From NCBI GenBank assembly GCA_964655385.1, contig CAZZMY010000001.1:1-57680 (forward strand): a stretch of DNA of 57,680 nt, given 5' to 3'. The DNA is from an uncultured Akkermansia sp. (lineage in GTDB: Bacteria > Verrucomicrobiota > Verrucomicrobiia > Methylacidiphilales > Verrucolacustridaceae). A program made the translations under genes and the position numbers. A model generated the notes under the pieces. That model was given only the letters and a program-made list of their open reading frames with translations. It searched no databases and had not been told where the DNA came from. Below are positions 37,225 to 47,367 of this stretch, in pieces. Position 1 is the first letter of the stretch, and every line of letters begins with the position of its first letter.

Positions 37225-38426
37225 AACTTCTTGTTGCCACTGATTTTCCTCCAGATGCGCCGGGTGGTGGGCCCGCCATAGTCCGCCAAATGCTCCGTGG
37301 TTTTGGGGCTCCGATTTATTGGTGGAGCTGTCGCCCTTCTTTGCGTCACTCTTTGTCTGATTTTGCCCCCCAGCTAGCAGGGTTTAAATGTGCTTCTCCG
37401 GGAAAACTTTTCCCTCAAAAGCGATGGACTCGATCGAAGGCTCTTGCCATGCGGGCCCTGTGGGCCCCATACGCCGCCCACAGTTTGGCCAGCTTCCTAC
37501 GAAAAGTCTCACCAGATTGCGTGTGGGCCATCCCCCACGACTGGAGCATTCTGCCGCTTCACCAAGCCTTGCTGAAGTCCGTCTTCAAGTCTTGGCTCAT
37601 GCACACGACCATTCAGGATTTTCCCGACATCCATCAGCATACTTCTCTGTGGGGCCCCCAGACTGTCTCTGCCCTCGTGCATCAACAAGAGGCTCTTTAT
37701 GCCAACGCAGATTCTGCCGACGCCATTTCGCTTCCTATGTTGGACTGTCTGCGAAATCGCACAGGAAAAGACGGTACCCAAATACTCCATGCAGGTCTGG
37801 AGCCAGAAGATTTTCGTTTTTTGGAAACTCAGCCCGCAAGGCCGCCATCCACGGGGCCGATCAGAATCGCCTATGCCGGCACCATCCTTGTTGAAGCCGA
37901 GTTTTCTTTTTTTAGCCAGCTCTTGGAAAAAATCCGGACCATGGGTGTGGATCTTCGTTTGGAGTTTTGGAGCGCACACACTTATTCTACCCGCCCCTGG
38001 TTCCGCCACGAATGGATGAAAGAGCATGGTCATCTTTCCGACGCTGACCTGATGCTTCATTTGCGACAATGTTCCTGGGGATTTATCCCCATGTCCTTTT
38101 CCGATCAGGACCCTCGCTATAACCGCTTTAGTCTCCCGACCAAGTTCATCAGTTATCTCGCCGCCGGCCTACCCATTCTTTCTTTAGGACACCCGGAATC
38201 TAGCCTGATGAAGATGACGGCGGCCTATCAAGTCGGCCTGCAGCTTACAAAAGCCGACCCGTCCGGATCTTCCTCTTTACCCCTCCAAATAGCTCTCTCC
38301 GAATCCAAGGCCAAATATGCCCCGGAGATCCTTCGATGTGCGCGAGACCACTTTGATGCCCAAAAGATGAGGGCCAACCTCTGGCGCTGCTTTAACGCAT
38401 CAAGACCTTCTCAAAATTCTTTCTGA
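37221..38426 (+). CDS. GT-B glycosyltransferase (GT4-like)
   Basis: PGGG, IAYAG, SLPTKFISYLAAGLPI. Confidence 0.8.
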   Translation: MKLLVATDFPPDAPGGGPAIVRQMLRGFGAPIYWWSCRPSLRHSLSDFAPQLAGFKCASPGKLFPQKRWTRSKALAMRALWAPYAAHSLASFLRKVSPDCVWAIPHDWSILPLHQALLKSVFKSWLMHTTIQDFPDIHQHTSLWGPQTVSALVHQQEALYANADSADAISLPMLDCLRNRTGKDGTQILHAGLEPEDFRFLETQPARPPSTGPIRIAYAGTILVEAEFSFFSQLLEKIRTMGVDLRLEFWSAHTYSTRPWFRHEWMKEHGHLSDADLMLHLRQCSWGFIPMSFSDQDPRYNRFSLPTKFISYLAAGLPILSLGHPESSLMKMTAAYQVGLQLTKADPSGSSSLPLQIALSESKAKYAPEILRCARDHFDAQKMRANLWRCFNASRPSQNSF

Positions 38427-39564
38427 CTCTTGCCCCATAATCTTCCCAAGAAAAACCGCTTCTAGCACGGGCGGCGGCTTGCACCCCTTTCCCAAATGTT
38501 TTGTCTGGATTTTGCTTGGCCTGAATCAAGGCTTCACAGAGACCGTCTTGATCTCCCGGGCCGATCAACCACCCTTCGGGATTTCCCGCCGTGAAGAATT
38601 CCTCCACACCGGAGTTGGGTGTTGCCACTAAAGCCAAGCCGCTTGCCGCACCCTCAATCAGGACCCGGGCAAACCCCTCCTCAAACGAAGGAAGAACCAG
38701 AACATCACAAGAACGGTAGAGTGCCGCCAAATTCTCATGATTCATGTGTGAGTGCCACGTAATCCCTTGCGGCATGGGGCGGAATAAATGCGTAGTGTCG
38801 GGTCCTGGCCGACCCACCCAATGGAGTTCTGCGTCTTTCCACCCCAGCTTCTTCCACGCTTCGACCAAAATCCGGGCGCCTTTTCTTAAGTTGACTCCAG
38901 ACGGACAAATCACCCGAAAAGTGTTTTTTCGGTCTGCCTCTGTACGCGGTGTAAAACGGTTAATATCCGTGCCATAGCTCGCCAATAGTAATTTGGATTC
39001 CGGAATCCCGTTTTCCAAATAGGTTTGGGCCACGAAGCGTGAGGGTATCTGAATCCAATCCGACTCCAGAAATTCCTCTCGGACACGCTTGCGGTAGCAG
39101 GCAGGGAACAAGGGCTGGCGAATTCCATTTTTTTGAAACTCCTCACCAACCACCCTGTGTTGCCAATCGGTGTGGGTTGATCCGCTGTCAACCACCACAG
39201 GTTTTCCGGTCATTTTACGATGCCGCCTCGCACTCCATAAACCACATCCGGACAGATAACATAGCACGTCCGTCTCCTCCCTCAACTGTGTCGCCAACCA
39301 GGCATCAAAACTACAGCATAGCCCGTAGTAGGTTCGATTTCCCCACCGAAGCCAAGGTATCATTTTGTAGATTTGCAGTAGATAATGCAGGGGGTATGCG
39401 TTGTGAACTTTTAATCCGGGATTCGGGGAGTTCTTTTTTAGGGACCAAGTTGTCCAGTAATCTGTGTCGAATTCTTGGCTTAACCCCCGTTGCAGTGGCG
39501 GAAAATGAAATGTGTCGAAACTTGCTAACTGGATCCGTGGCCGGATAGAGGAAGCCACTCTCAT
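38392..39564 (-). CDS. Glycosyltransferase family 4
   Basis: LRKG, LPSFEEGFARVLIEGAASG. Confidence 0.9.
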   Translation of the reverse strand: MRVASSIRPRIQLASFDTFHFPPLQRGLSQEFDTDYWTTWSLKKNSPNPGLKVHNAYPLHYLLQIYKMIPWLRWGNRTYYGLCCSFDAWLATQLREETDVLCYLSGCGLWSARRHRKMTGKPVVVDSGSTHTDWQHRVVGEEFQKNGIRQPLFPACYRKRVREEFLESDWIQIPSRFVAQTYLENGIPESKLLLASYGTDINRFTPRTEADRKNTFRVICPSGVNLRKGARILVEAWKKLGWKDAELHWVGRPGPDTTHLFRPMPQGITWHSHMNHENLAALYRSCDVLVLPSFEEGFARVLIEGAASGLALVATPNSGVEEFFTAGNPEGWLIGPGDQDGLCEALIQAKQNPDKTFGKGVQAAARARSGFSWEDYGARVRKNFEKVLMR

Positions 39565-39565
39565 T

Positions 39566-40366
39566 TCACCCCACTCGCTTGGCCAAAATATTGAACTCCA
39601 CCGGCAGCCAAGGATTTTTCGCACTAAACCAAGAGGGAATCACCTCGACAGCCATCAACCCCGCCCGGGCAAGCAAGTCCAGCATCCTGCCGAGCCGGTC
39701 AGGCGCGAGCGTATCGCCGCGCATGAGGGATACCTCAACGAGAACCGCCTGAGTTCGGGCCAGCACCTGTAGCCCCCCTTGAAGAACCTCAAATTCAAAT
39801 CCTTCCACATCAATCTTTAACAAGTCGATTTTTTCCCTGGAGATCTTTGCCGCAAAGCTATCCAAGGGCCTCACTTCACATGAAATTTTTTCCGGCAAAG
39901 CGGGCGAACATGCGTTTTCTTGATGGGATCCCCCGAAGCCAACCAAGCTGCCAATGTCATCTCTTATGGGATCGATCCATAAATCTGTAATCGATGACTT
40001 TTCCCCCAAGGCACACTGATGCACCACCCAAGGCTTGGAATATCTCGCTGCTTTTTTCTTCAGTACCTCGGAAAGAAAGGGCAAGGGCTCAAAAAGCCAG
40101 ATCTCTGCATGGGGGAAAAGGGTTCCGGCAGCCTCGGCAAAATCCCCATGATTAGCTCCCACGTCTAAGATCAGATGCGCCTGGCCAGGACACAGCTTTT
40201 TAAGCCAGACGATAAACTCGTTATAATGTTCCCGGTTGTGCGGGGCGGAGGAAATTAGGGCCTTTGGAATAGTCGGGCACCCCCGGATATTGATTCTTTT
40301 TAGGGCCACAACTGCCCGCCCATAAGCGACCAATTTCTGCAAAATCCGGCAATCAGGCTTCTTCAA
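39566..40366 (-). CDS. FkbM family methyltransferase
   Basis: LDVGANHG, FEP, IDLLKIDVEGFE. Confidence 0.9.
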   Translation of the reverse strand: MKKPDCRILQKLVAYGRAVVALKRINIRGCPTIPKALISSAPHNREHYNEFIVWLKKLCPGQAHLILDVGANHGDFAEAAGTLFPHAEIWLFEPLPFLSEVLKKKAARYSKPWVVHQCALGEKSSITDLWIDPIRDDIGSLVGFGGSHQENACSPALPEKISCEVRPLDSFAAKISREKIDLLKIDVEGFEFEVLQGGLQVLARTQAVLVEVSLMRGDTLAPDRLGRMLDLLARAGLMAVEVIPSWFSAKNPWLPVEFNILAKRVG

Positions 40367-41109
40367 GGGGCAGTAGCCTCAGGATGTCGAATCGCACAAA
40401 GGAGAACATGGGACGATGAAAACAGGGGGTGTGCCCATCGTGGACCGTCTGTTTTTTTGAGCGGAATGAAAAAGATCACATCCGCCCAAGACTGAAGCTG
40501 CCGGACAGAATCAAAAACACTATAAGAGTAAGAGACTCCGTCCCCCTCCGTAAAATTATAACCCCTTCCCTTGGTCATCAGCCAGAATCCCAAAGGGAAT
40601 ACCCCCGTTTTCCACCAAAAATATTTGATAAGCCTCCACGCTAGAGAGCCACGCCCAAACCGGTTTTCGTCGGATAAAAAAACGGCGTGCCGGGCAACCC
40701 GGATCATTTCTCGAACTGCGGGGGCAGGGTTCTTGATGTGATGTAAAACGGCAAATTCCATAACGGCGTCAAAACTATGGTCGGGAAAAGGAAGCGCTTC
40801 GGCGGCTCCAACCAGAATCTCGGATGAGGCCAACCCTCTCTTGGCTTTGCCGATTTGGACAAGGGCCTCCACTGGCTCAATCCCCTTGGCCTCCAGCCCG
40901 CTTTCTAACATGGATCGGAGGGCAACCCCGGTTCCACAACCGACATCAAGCACCCGCCGGAAGTGATACTGCCGGCAGAACCCCAGAATATATCTCAAGG
41001 CCAGAGCGTGTTCTCCCGTTTCCGCGTTGTGCATCTGATCATAGACGGAGGCTGTCTGGGCATAATATTGGCGTTGCCGCTCCATTTCCTGATCAGGGGG
41101 AACATGCAT
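40363..41109 (-). CDS. Class I SAM-dependent methyltransferase
   Basis: VLDVGCGTG, LPFPDHSFDAV, VLHH. Confidence 0.9.
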   Translation of the reverse strand: MHVPPDQEMERQRQYYAQTASVYDQMHNAETGEHALALRYILGFCRQYHFRRVLDVGCGTGVALRSMLESGLEAKGIEPVEALVQIGKAKRGLASSEILVGAAEALPFPDHSFDAVMEFAVLHHIKNPAPAVREMIRVARHAVFLSDENRFGRGSLAWRLIKYFWWKTGVFPLGFWLMTKGRGYNFTEGDGVSYSYSVFDSVRQLQSWADVIFFIPLKKTDGPRWAHPLFSSSHVLLCAIRHPEATAP

Positions 41110-41165
41110 CAAAGGACAATCCCTAAGATTGTTTGTTTCCTCTTCCGGAGCAAGTAATTTGCCTT

Positions 41166-42386
41166 ATGCCCATCGCTTCTCTCTTTCCGAAGATGGATTT
41201 GGTGGTGGAACGCCAATGGCATATCGGGATGCACGCACGTAGCTTGGCCGATCTCGGTTGTTTGGGCACGGTCTTTGGCGGTTTCCCAGCCAGCCGCTAC
41301 CAATCCTTGGGGATCCCCCGAAAAAATATCAGAACTCACCCCCTTCCGGCTGTGGGGAATCACATTTTGGGAAAAGTTCTCCCTTTTGTTCCTTTTCGAT
41401 GGGACGAGCCGCGGGCCCTTTCCCGCTGGGTAGCTCGGCAAAAAACACTCTCCCCCGTGATTGCCTGTTACGCGACTGCCCCCCGCCACCTTTTTCCCCT
41501 GTTATCCCAAAAAAGTTCCGTGCTCATTTTGGAAAGAGGCTCCACCCATCCGGAAAACTATTTTTGGGCCATCCAGAAGGCGCGCGCCGAAGCTGGTCTC
41601 CCAGTCGAAGAGAAATTGCCGTCAGAAGTGGTTGAAGAAATTACGGCCGGCCATCTGGCTCATTTTGTTGGGGCAGGTAGCCGAATGATTGCCGAGAGTT
41701 ACGTGACCCGGGGCTATGCGCCGGAGAGAATTCTTCTCTCTCCTTGGTGTACAGATCCTGATTTTTTTAGTTTTTGCGACCGGAACAGAAGAACCTGTCG
41801 GGAGGTTCGCCTGCTGAGTGTTGGCGTGGTTGGACTCCGGAAGGGTTTAGGCAGAATTTTGACCATGGCGAGGTGGGCTGAACGCTCCCACCTTCCAACC
41901 CGGTTCCGTTTGGTCGGGCCGCTTGAGCCGGAAGCCCCAGCCATGCTTGCCCGAGCGCCAAGCAATGTGGAATGGGTTGGGGTGAAAAAGGGATTGAGAC
42001 TGGTCAAGGAATACCATGAGTCTGATCTCTATGTTCTCCCTTCTTATGAGGAAGGCTTTGGCATCTCCATCCTAGAGGCTCTCAGCACCGGGCTTCCTGT
42101 TTTGGTTAGCAGTGAGACCGGCGGCAAACAGTCTGTCGTTCCCGGTGTAAATGGCTTTATTCTTGAGAACTTTTCCGATGAATCCCTGGAGGTTATTTTG
42201 GCCCCCCTTCTTCGCCACTCTTCCAAGCGTCTTTCTTTGGCAGCGGCCGCCCGCCGGATGGTCTTGGAAAATTACACCGAAGGGCATTACCGGAAAACCC
42301 TCCAGACGGAATACACCCGGATGTTTTCCATGATAGACAAAGCCGGCGACTCCTTGGAGGCGGCTTGGAACCTCTCCCGGCCATGA
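41166..42386 (+). CDS. Glycosyltransferase family 4
   Basis: LRKG, LPSYEEGFGISILEALSTG; same motif type as 38392..39564. Confidence 0.9.
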   Translation: MPIASLFPKMDLVVERQWHIGMHARSLADLGCLGTVFGGFPASRYQSLGIPRKNIRTHPLPAVGNHILGKVLPFVPFRWDEPRALSRWVARQKTLSPVIACYATAPRHLFPLLSQKSSVLILERGSTHPENYFWAIQKARAEAGLPVEEKLPSEVVEEITAGHLAHFVGAGSRMIAESYVTRGYAPERILLSPWCTDPDFFSFCDRNRRTCREVRLLSVGVVGLRKGLGRILTMARWAERSHLPTRFRLVGPLEPEAPAMLARAPSNVEWVGVKKGLRLVKEYHESDLYVLPSYEEGFGISILEALSTGLPVLVSSETGGKQSVVPGVNGFILENFSDESLEVILAPLLRHSSKRLSLAAAARRMVLENYTEGHYRKTLQTEYTRMFSMIDKAGDSLEAAWNLSRP

Positions 42387-43564
42387 AAAAAATCCGGGTA
42401 GCCATGATTGTCATCGATGCCAACGAAGTGGCCGGTGATTTTTTGGCCCGCATTCATGCCGATAGTCCTTCGGTTCATCCGGTCATTTGGACTTTAGCCA
42501 AGGAACTTTCTCGACGCCAACAAGTGGATCTGGAAGTCCTTTATGGCTCCACCAAGGTCTCCTCGGTCACCCCGCATCTCCGGGATGGTGTGTCCTGTGT
42601 GGCCATCCCAGCGATCCTACGGCGCGGGACTATTATGGGAATGGGGATGTTGGGGCGGGGGTTGGGAATGCTTCGTTATCTGAATAATCACCCCTTTGAT
42701 CTTGTTCACGGCCAAGGGACCGAAAGAGAAGCAGGCTGGGTAGCGGCCTTCTCACGTCGTCCTTCCTTGATCACCCTTCACGGCAATTTTTTGCAAATCC
42801 GCAAAGTTTTCGGCGGCCCCCCTTGGGGATACTACCCCATGGCCGCCCGCCTTGAGCGGTTGGCCCTAAGGCGGATTACCGGCATTGTTTGTATTTCCCG
42901 CTACGTCCAGGGGATCACCTCCTCATTTCGCAAACAACAGTTTTTGATCCCCAATGCCGTGGACGAAAAGTTTTTAACCGCTCGTCGAGCCGAGATGGCG
43001 GGGAAACCGCCACGGGTGGTTTATATGGGCACATTCGACCGGCGCAAACGGCCGGATGCTGTTTTAAGGATCTGCGAGATGGCCTGGAGCCAAGGTGCAT
43101 ATTTCACCCTCCATTTCTATGGTGGATCCGGATTCGGCCAAACCTATCAGTCTCAATTCAAATCCTCCTGCGAGTCCCATATCCACCAAGGACGCGTTTT
43201 CTTTGAGGGGTTTTCGCAGGAACCTTGGAAAGTCTGGGCGGAGGCCCGTGTGGGGATCAGTGCATCGATTGAGGAAAGCTTTGGAATGAATGTTCTCGAA
43301 TCCATGGCGGCCGGAACCCCGGTGGTGGCCCCTGCGGTGGGCGGTATTCCTGACATCATCACAGATGGCACAGGTGGGTTTCTATACCCTCCTGAAGACC
43401 TCGCTTGCGCGGCTGGTTTTCTCTCCCGCCTGCTGGAATCTTCCACTCTTTGGGCCATCCAGTCAGAGGCGGCGCGGTTAAGGGCCCGGTCTTTTTCGCC
43501 CCAGAAAATTGCCACCCTGACAGAACAGATGTATAGAAAAGTCTCGAAGATTGCTGGCGCGTGA
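42383..43564 (+). CDS. Glycosyltransferase family 4
   Basis: TLHG, IPNAVD, EESFGMNVLESMAAG; ATGA overlap. Confidence 0.9.
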   Translation: MKKIRVAMIVIDANEVAGDFLARIHADSPSVHPVIWTLAKELSRRQQVDLEVLYGSTKVSSVTPHLRDGVSCVAIPAILRRGTIMGMGMLGRGLGMLRYLNNHPFDLVHGQGTEREAGWVAAFSRRPSLITLHGNFLQIRKVFGGPPWGYYPMAARLERLALRRITGIVCISRYVQGITSSFRKQQFLIPNAVDEKFLTARRAEMAGKPPRVVYMGTFDRRKRPDAVLRICEMAWSQGAYFTLHFYGGSGFGQTYQSQFKSSCESHIHQGRVFFEGFSQEPWKVWAEARVGISASIEESFGMNVLESMAAGTPVVAPAVGGIPDIITDGTGGFLYPPEDLACAAGFLSRLLESSTLWAIQSEAARLRARSFSPQKIATLTEQMYRKVSKIAGA

Positions 43565-43568
43565 AATT

Positions 43569-45161
43569 ATGAAAGATCTCACTGTTTTAAAAATTGTTCT
43601 TGGGCTGTTTGTCATCGTTTCTTTTCCCTTTTCCATTTGGATGAATGCGGAACTTTTGGGGGGCAACCCCCTTCCATTTTACGGGATGATCGCTGCCCTT
43701 GGTCTCCTTTTTTTTATTTTCGGCTTGAAAAGCCGTTGCTGGTTGGCCCTCCCTTTTTGCCTGGGAATGCAGGGGAATCTCAATTTTCTGCCCATCCGCT
43801 TTAGCATGCTTGAATTGGCAACCTTGGGGTGCTTGGGCTCAACCATTTTTTACTACATCATGGGGAATCGAAGAAAGCTTGTGTTGGGCCCCTTTTTGCA
43901 ACGGATCCCCATTTTTATACTTTGTGGAATCGCCGCTTTTCATTGGCTGAAATCAGGGAACATTGGCCTACGCACCTTCGGGTCTGCCGAAATTGGCGCC
44001 CGTCCCATCTTCACCATCCTGATTGCCGGCTTGTCCTACTTTTTGATTCTTTATCTCGGCACGGGAGATCGTGCCGGCCTTTCTTTGGTTCCATGGCTTT
44101 ATCTCGGCGGCACTTCGATTGATTTTTTTTGCCAGACTCTCACCTACGTCATTCCCACTTTGGCGGCTCCGATCTATCGCATTTATTCCAGCGTGAACAC
44201 GGAGGCCTTTTTTTACATGATGGGGTCAGAAATGCAGGGCGGGATCGTTCGACTCGGTGCCATCAATCAGTTTGTGATTGCCTTGTCCATGGCGCTAATT
44301 TCCCGATTCCCCCCGTCAACTTGGCTTCGCCCATCACGGATTTGGGTTCCAGTGGCGCTGGCAGGCTGTCTCCTTGGCTCCCTATTCGGCGGATTCCGCT
44401 CCGGTGTCAGCACACTTGCCCTGCATGTCACGGCTGCCTGCTATGCCACCATGCGGTCGCTGGTTTTCATTGTTGTTTTTATGGGGGTGATTTTCTGCCT
44501 TAGTCTGGCTGGTCTCCAGGGCAGCCTGCTTGACCTGCCCCTGCCCATGCAGAGAGGTTTGTCCTTTCTGCCTGGAAAGTGGGATTCTAGGGTCGTTACC
44601 AGCGTCGAAGGTTCCAACGACTTTCGCACAAAGATTCTCAACCTTTATTGGAAAAACTATGCCATGGAAAACATGCTGTTGGGATCAGGCTGGGTTGTCC
44701 CAAGGGCTTTGGTGGAGGAATCCGAAATGTCCTTTTGGCAAAAGATTCCTGATGTCGACCCCGATGCCGAAAGCCGGCGTTTCATTGAGCTGCGCAATGA
44801 GCATTGGGGATGGGTGAATGCACACCATACGACCGGTTTGCCGGGCTTGCTTTCCGTGGCGGTGTTGATTCTGGGGTCCTTCGGATATGCCCTTCGGCGC
44901 CTCTATCTTACCCCGCGCAGCTTTATTTCTCCGGTCATGGTTTGGTCCTTCGCCTTAATTGCTTACCAGGCGGTGGTCTTCCTTTTCATGGGGTCACCGC
45001 TTAGGGATTGTTTCCCGATTATTTGTGTGGTTCTAGGAATTCTTAACCTTGCTTTCGATCCTCAGCATGTTCGAAAAATCAGTCCCCCGATGCCTCAGGG
45101 TTCTCCCCTTCGGCCCAAGGTCGCTTCCGTAACCCCGGAACCGGGGCCGGCAGCGATTTAA
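43569..45161 (+). CDS. O-antigen ligase/polymerase-like membrane protein (Wzy_C/WaaL-like)
   Basis: About 12 TM segments, GFRS, a large periplasmic loop with R...LLGSG...HWGWV followed by GLPG. Confidence 0.72.
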   Translation: MKDLTVLKIVLGLFVIVSFPFSIWMNAELLGGNPLPFYGMIAALGLLFFIFGLKSRCWLALPFCLGMQGNLNFLPIRFSMLELATLGCLGSTIFYYIMGNRRKLVLGPFLQRIPIFILCGIAAFHWLKSGNIGLRTFGSAEIGARPIFTILIAGLSYFLILYLGTGDRAGLSLVPWLYLGGTSIDFFCQTLTYVIPTLAAPIYRIYSSVNTEAFFYMMGSEMQGGIVRLGAINQFVIALSMALISRFPPSTWLRPSRIWVPVALAGCLLGSLFGGFRSGVSTLALHVTAACYATMRSLVFIVVFMGVIFCLSLAGLQGSLLDLPLPMQRGLSFLPGKWDSRVVTSVEGSNDFRTKILNLYWKNYAMENMLLGSGWVVPRALVEESEMSFWQKIPDVDPDAESRRFIELRNEHWGWVNAHHTTGLPGLLSVAVLILGSFGYALRRLYLTPRSFISPVMVWSFALIAYQAVVFLFMGSPLRDCFPIICVVLGILNLAFDPQHVRKISPPMPQGSPLRPKVASVTPEPGPAAI

Positions 45162-45203
45162 TGCGAAGCCCAAAACCTACTTTCCTTTTTAACAAGACGA
45201 TTT

Positions 45204-46070
45204 TTAACGCCACCAGATTCTTCCCGGCCAGGTCGCACGAAGGTTGGTGGCTTGAAATGCTTTCCTGCCCTCCTTTTTGACCAGATAAATGCTGTAGGCG
45301 ACATCCTCAGACCGGTGGGCTCCCCCCAGAAAACGCCGGAGCCGATGCCAACCTACCCAAACAAACCAAAGCCGCCTGAAATGGAGGGGAGCCGAAGCAT
45401 CCAGCCTCAACCTTTCCGAGATAGCTGAAGGAGTTAACCCGAGATTTTCCCCGCTCTCCATAAAGGTGGATGTGGTCCTGTGCAGGCATTGAATTTTCTT
45501 TCCGCTGCGCAGCAACCTCACAAACCACTCAGCATCCGCCACCACCCGGTAGCTGGTATCGAAGAGAATTCCCTCCTCAACCAGCTGATGACGGAAAAAT
45601 ATGCCTGCCGTCAAGGCGCCGAAATGGCAGGTCCAAGTGTGCGCCAGTCCTGGTCTGACCATTTTGCGAAAACAGATCGGAGATCCATCCAATCCGACTA
45701 CGATCACATCGCCAAGAAAAACCTCGACGGCCGGATTTGCCTTAAATTTCAAAGAAACCTTGGCCAAGGCCCCGGGTAAATACTGCTCGTCGCAGTTCAG
45801 ATAGGCGCAGATTTTACCTTGGGCATTCTTCAGGCCACGATTGATGGCATCATACATGCCTTGGTCTTTTTCGCTGATCATAATTCGCCGGTACCCCGGG
45901 CGGTCTGGCCACAGTTCAGACATCTTTTTGGAAAATGTATCGAACCCCGGGGTCCCGCCATCCTGCACCAGATGCTCTACCGTGATGCCTGCTTGATCGG
46001 CTACGGAGGCGATGCAACAGGCTAGATAGTCCAGCTGCTTAAAGCTGGGGGTCACAATCGTGAAATCCAT
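45204..46070 (-). CDS. Glycosyltransferase family 2 (WcaE-like)
   Basis: TIVTPSF, QDGG, EKDQGMYDAINRG, YLNCDE. Confidence 0.9.
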   Translation of the reverse strand: MDFTIVTPSFKQLDYLACCIASVADQAGITVEHLVQDGGTPGFDTFSKKMSELWPDRPGYRRIMISEKDQGMYDAINRGLKNAQGKICAYLNCDEQYLPGALAKVSLKFKANPAVEVFLGDVIVVGLDGSPICFRKMVRPGLAHTWTCHFGALTAGIFFRHQLVEEGILFDTSYRVVADAEWFVRLLRSGKKIQCLHRTTSTFMESGENLGLTPSAISERLRLDASAPLHFRRLWFVWVGWHRLRRFLGGAHRSEDVAYSIYLVKKEGRKAFQATNLRATWPGRIWWR

Positions 46071-46164
46071 CCCCGCACCTTATCGTAAGAGCCCCAGTTG
46101 CACCACCCGGACATTCTCTCGTTGTGACTTTCCACTTTTTGTTCCGCACTCTAAACTGTGAATC

Positions 46165-47352
46165 TTGAGGCGTCTTCGCATCCTGCAGATTTTTAGCCGC
46201 TATGCGCAGATAGGGGGGGAGGAAAATTCCGTCCTCCGGATCGGGGACACCCTCCAACAGGATCATGATGTGGAGTATTTTATCGGCTCTACCCAGGAAC
46301 TTCTCGGCGGTGACACGCTGAATCGTATTTCCGCGCCCTTTCGGGCTTACGCTAATTTGCCCGCGCGACTCCGTCTTCTTAAATATCAAACTTTGGGACG
46401 GTTTGACCTTTGGTTGATCCACAATGTTTTGCCGGGCCTCTCCCCCACTGTGTATTCCACTGCCTTTTCGTCGAATGTGCCTGTGGTTCACTATCTTCAC
46501 AACTACCGGATGGGTTGCGTGAACGGGTTTTTCTTGAACCATGGCCAACCGTGCGAAAGGTGCCTAGGAGGGAATTTTTGGCCCGCTTTCATAACCGGTT
46601 GCTGGCATGACAGCCGTTTAATAAGCGGATGGATGGGTCTGATCACGCGCCGAATTCGTCATTTGAATGTTTTTACCAAGGTGTCGGCTTGGATCGCCTT
46701 AAGCCAGGCTCAACGGTTGAAACACGAGCAAATCGGTTTGCCCTCCTCCCGCCTCCATGTCATCCCTCATTTTTTCGAGCCCAAGGACCCCCCACCCCCT
46801 CCATGCCCGAAGGGAAATATTCTTTTCTTGGGCCGATTATCGAAGGAAAAAGGCGTAGATCACCTTCTGCATGCCTGGCGGATGGTAAACCATCAGGGAA
46901 GAAAGCTGGTCATCGCTGGGGATGGCCCTGAAGCGGGGGCATTGAAGGCTTTATCGCACACTCTTCTTCTAGAGAACGTTGAATTTGTTGGTTTTCTGGG
47001 TAAGGACGCTCAGCGGGAAGCCTGGAGTCAGACCGCGTTCTCCGTCATCCCGTCTATTTGGAGCGAACCGTTTCCCTTGACCTTTTTAGAATCCTGGAGC
47101 CAGGCGCGCACCTTCGTCGCCAATCGTCTTGGGGCTATGGCTGAAGTGGTGAGAGAGGGAAAAGATGGTTTTCTTTCGGAACCCTTTGCAGAAAAATCTT
47201 TGGCCGACCGGATCCAGCTTCTGATCAACACCCCGGATGCATGCACAACCATGGGCCAAGCCGGTCACCAGAGAATCCTTACGGAATTTCACAAAGGTTT
47301 GTGGCTTAGAAAAATCAACGATGTCTTTCAAGAAGTGGTCCCTTCGCCGTAG
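46165..47352 (+). CDS. Glycosyltransferase family 4
   Basis: GGEE, LHNYRMGC, GRLSKEKG, PSIWSEPFPLTFLES. Confidence 0.9.
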   Translation: MRRLRILQIFSRYAQIGGEENSVLRIGDTLQQDHDVEYFIGSTQELLGGDTLNRISAPFRAYANLPARLRLLKYQTLGRFDLWLIHNVLPGLSPTVYSTAFSSNVPVVHYLHNYRMGCVNGFFLNHGQPCERCLGGNFWPAFITGCWHDSRLISGWMGLITRRIRHLNVFTKVSAWIALSQAQRLKHEQIGLPSSRLHVIPHFFEPKDPPPPPCPKGNILFLGRLSKEKGVDHLLHAWRMVNHQGRKLVIAGDGPEAGALKALSHTLLLENVEFVGFLGKDAQREAWSQTAFSVIPSIWSEPFPLTFLESWSQARTFVANRLGAMAEVVREGKDGFLSEPFAEKSLADRIQLLINTPDACTTMGQAGHQRILTEFHKGLWLRKINDVFQEVVPSP

Positions 47353-47367
47353 AATCTTTCCTAAGCG

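Noticed and set aside
45129-45161. PEP-CTERM signal in the C-terminal VTPEPGPAAI of the Wzy-like protein
   Set aside because: PEP is not followed by a TM helix and basic cluster; the protein ends five residues later.
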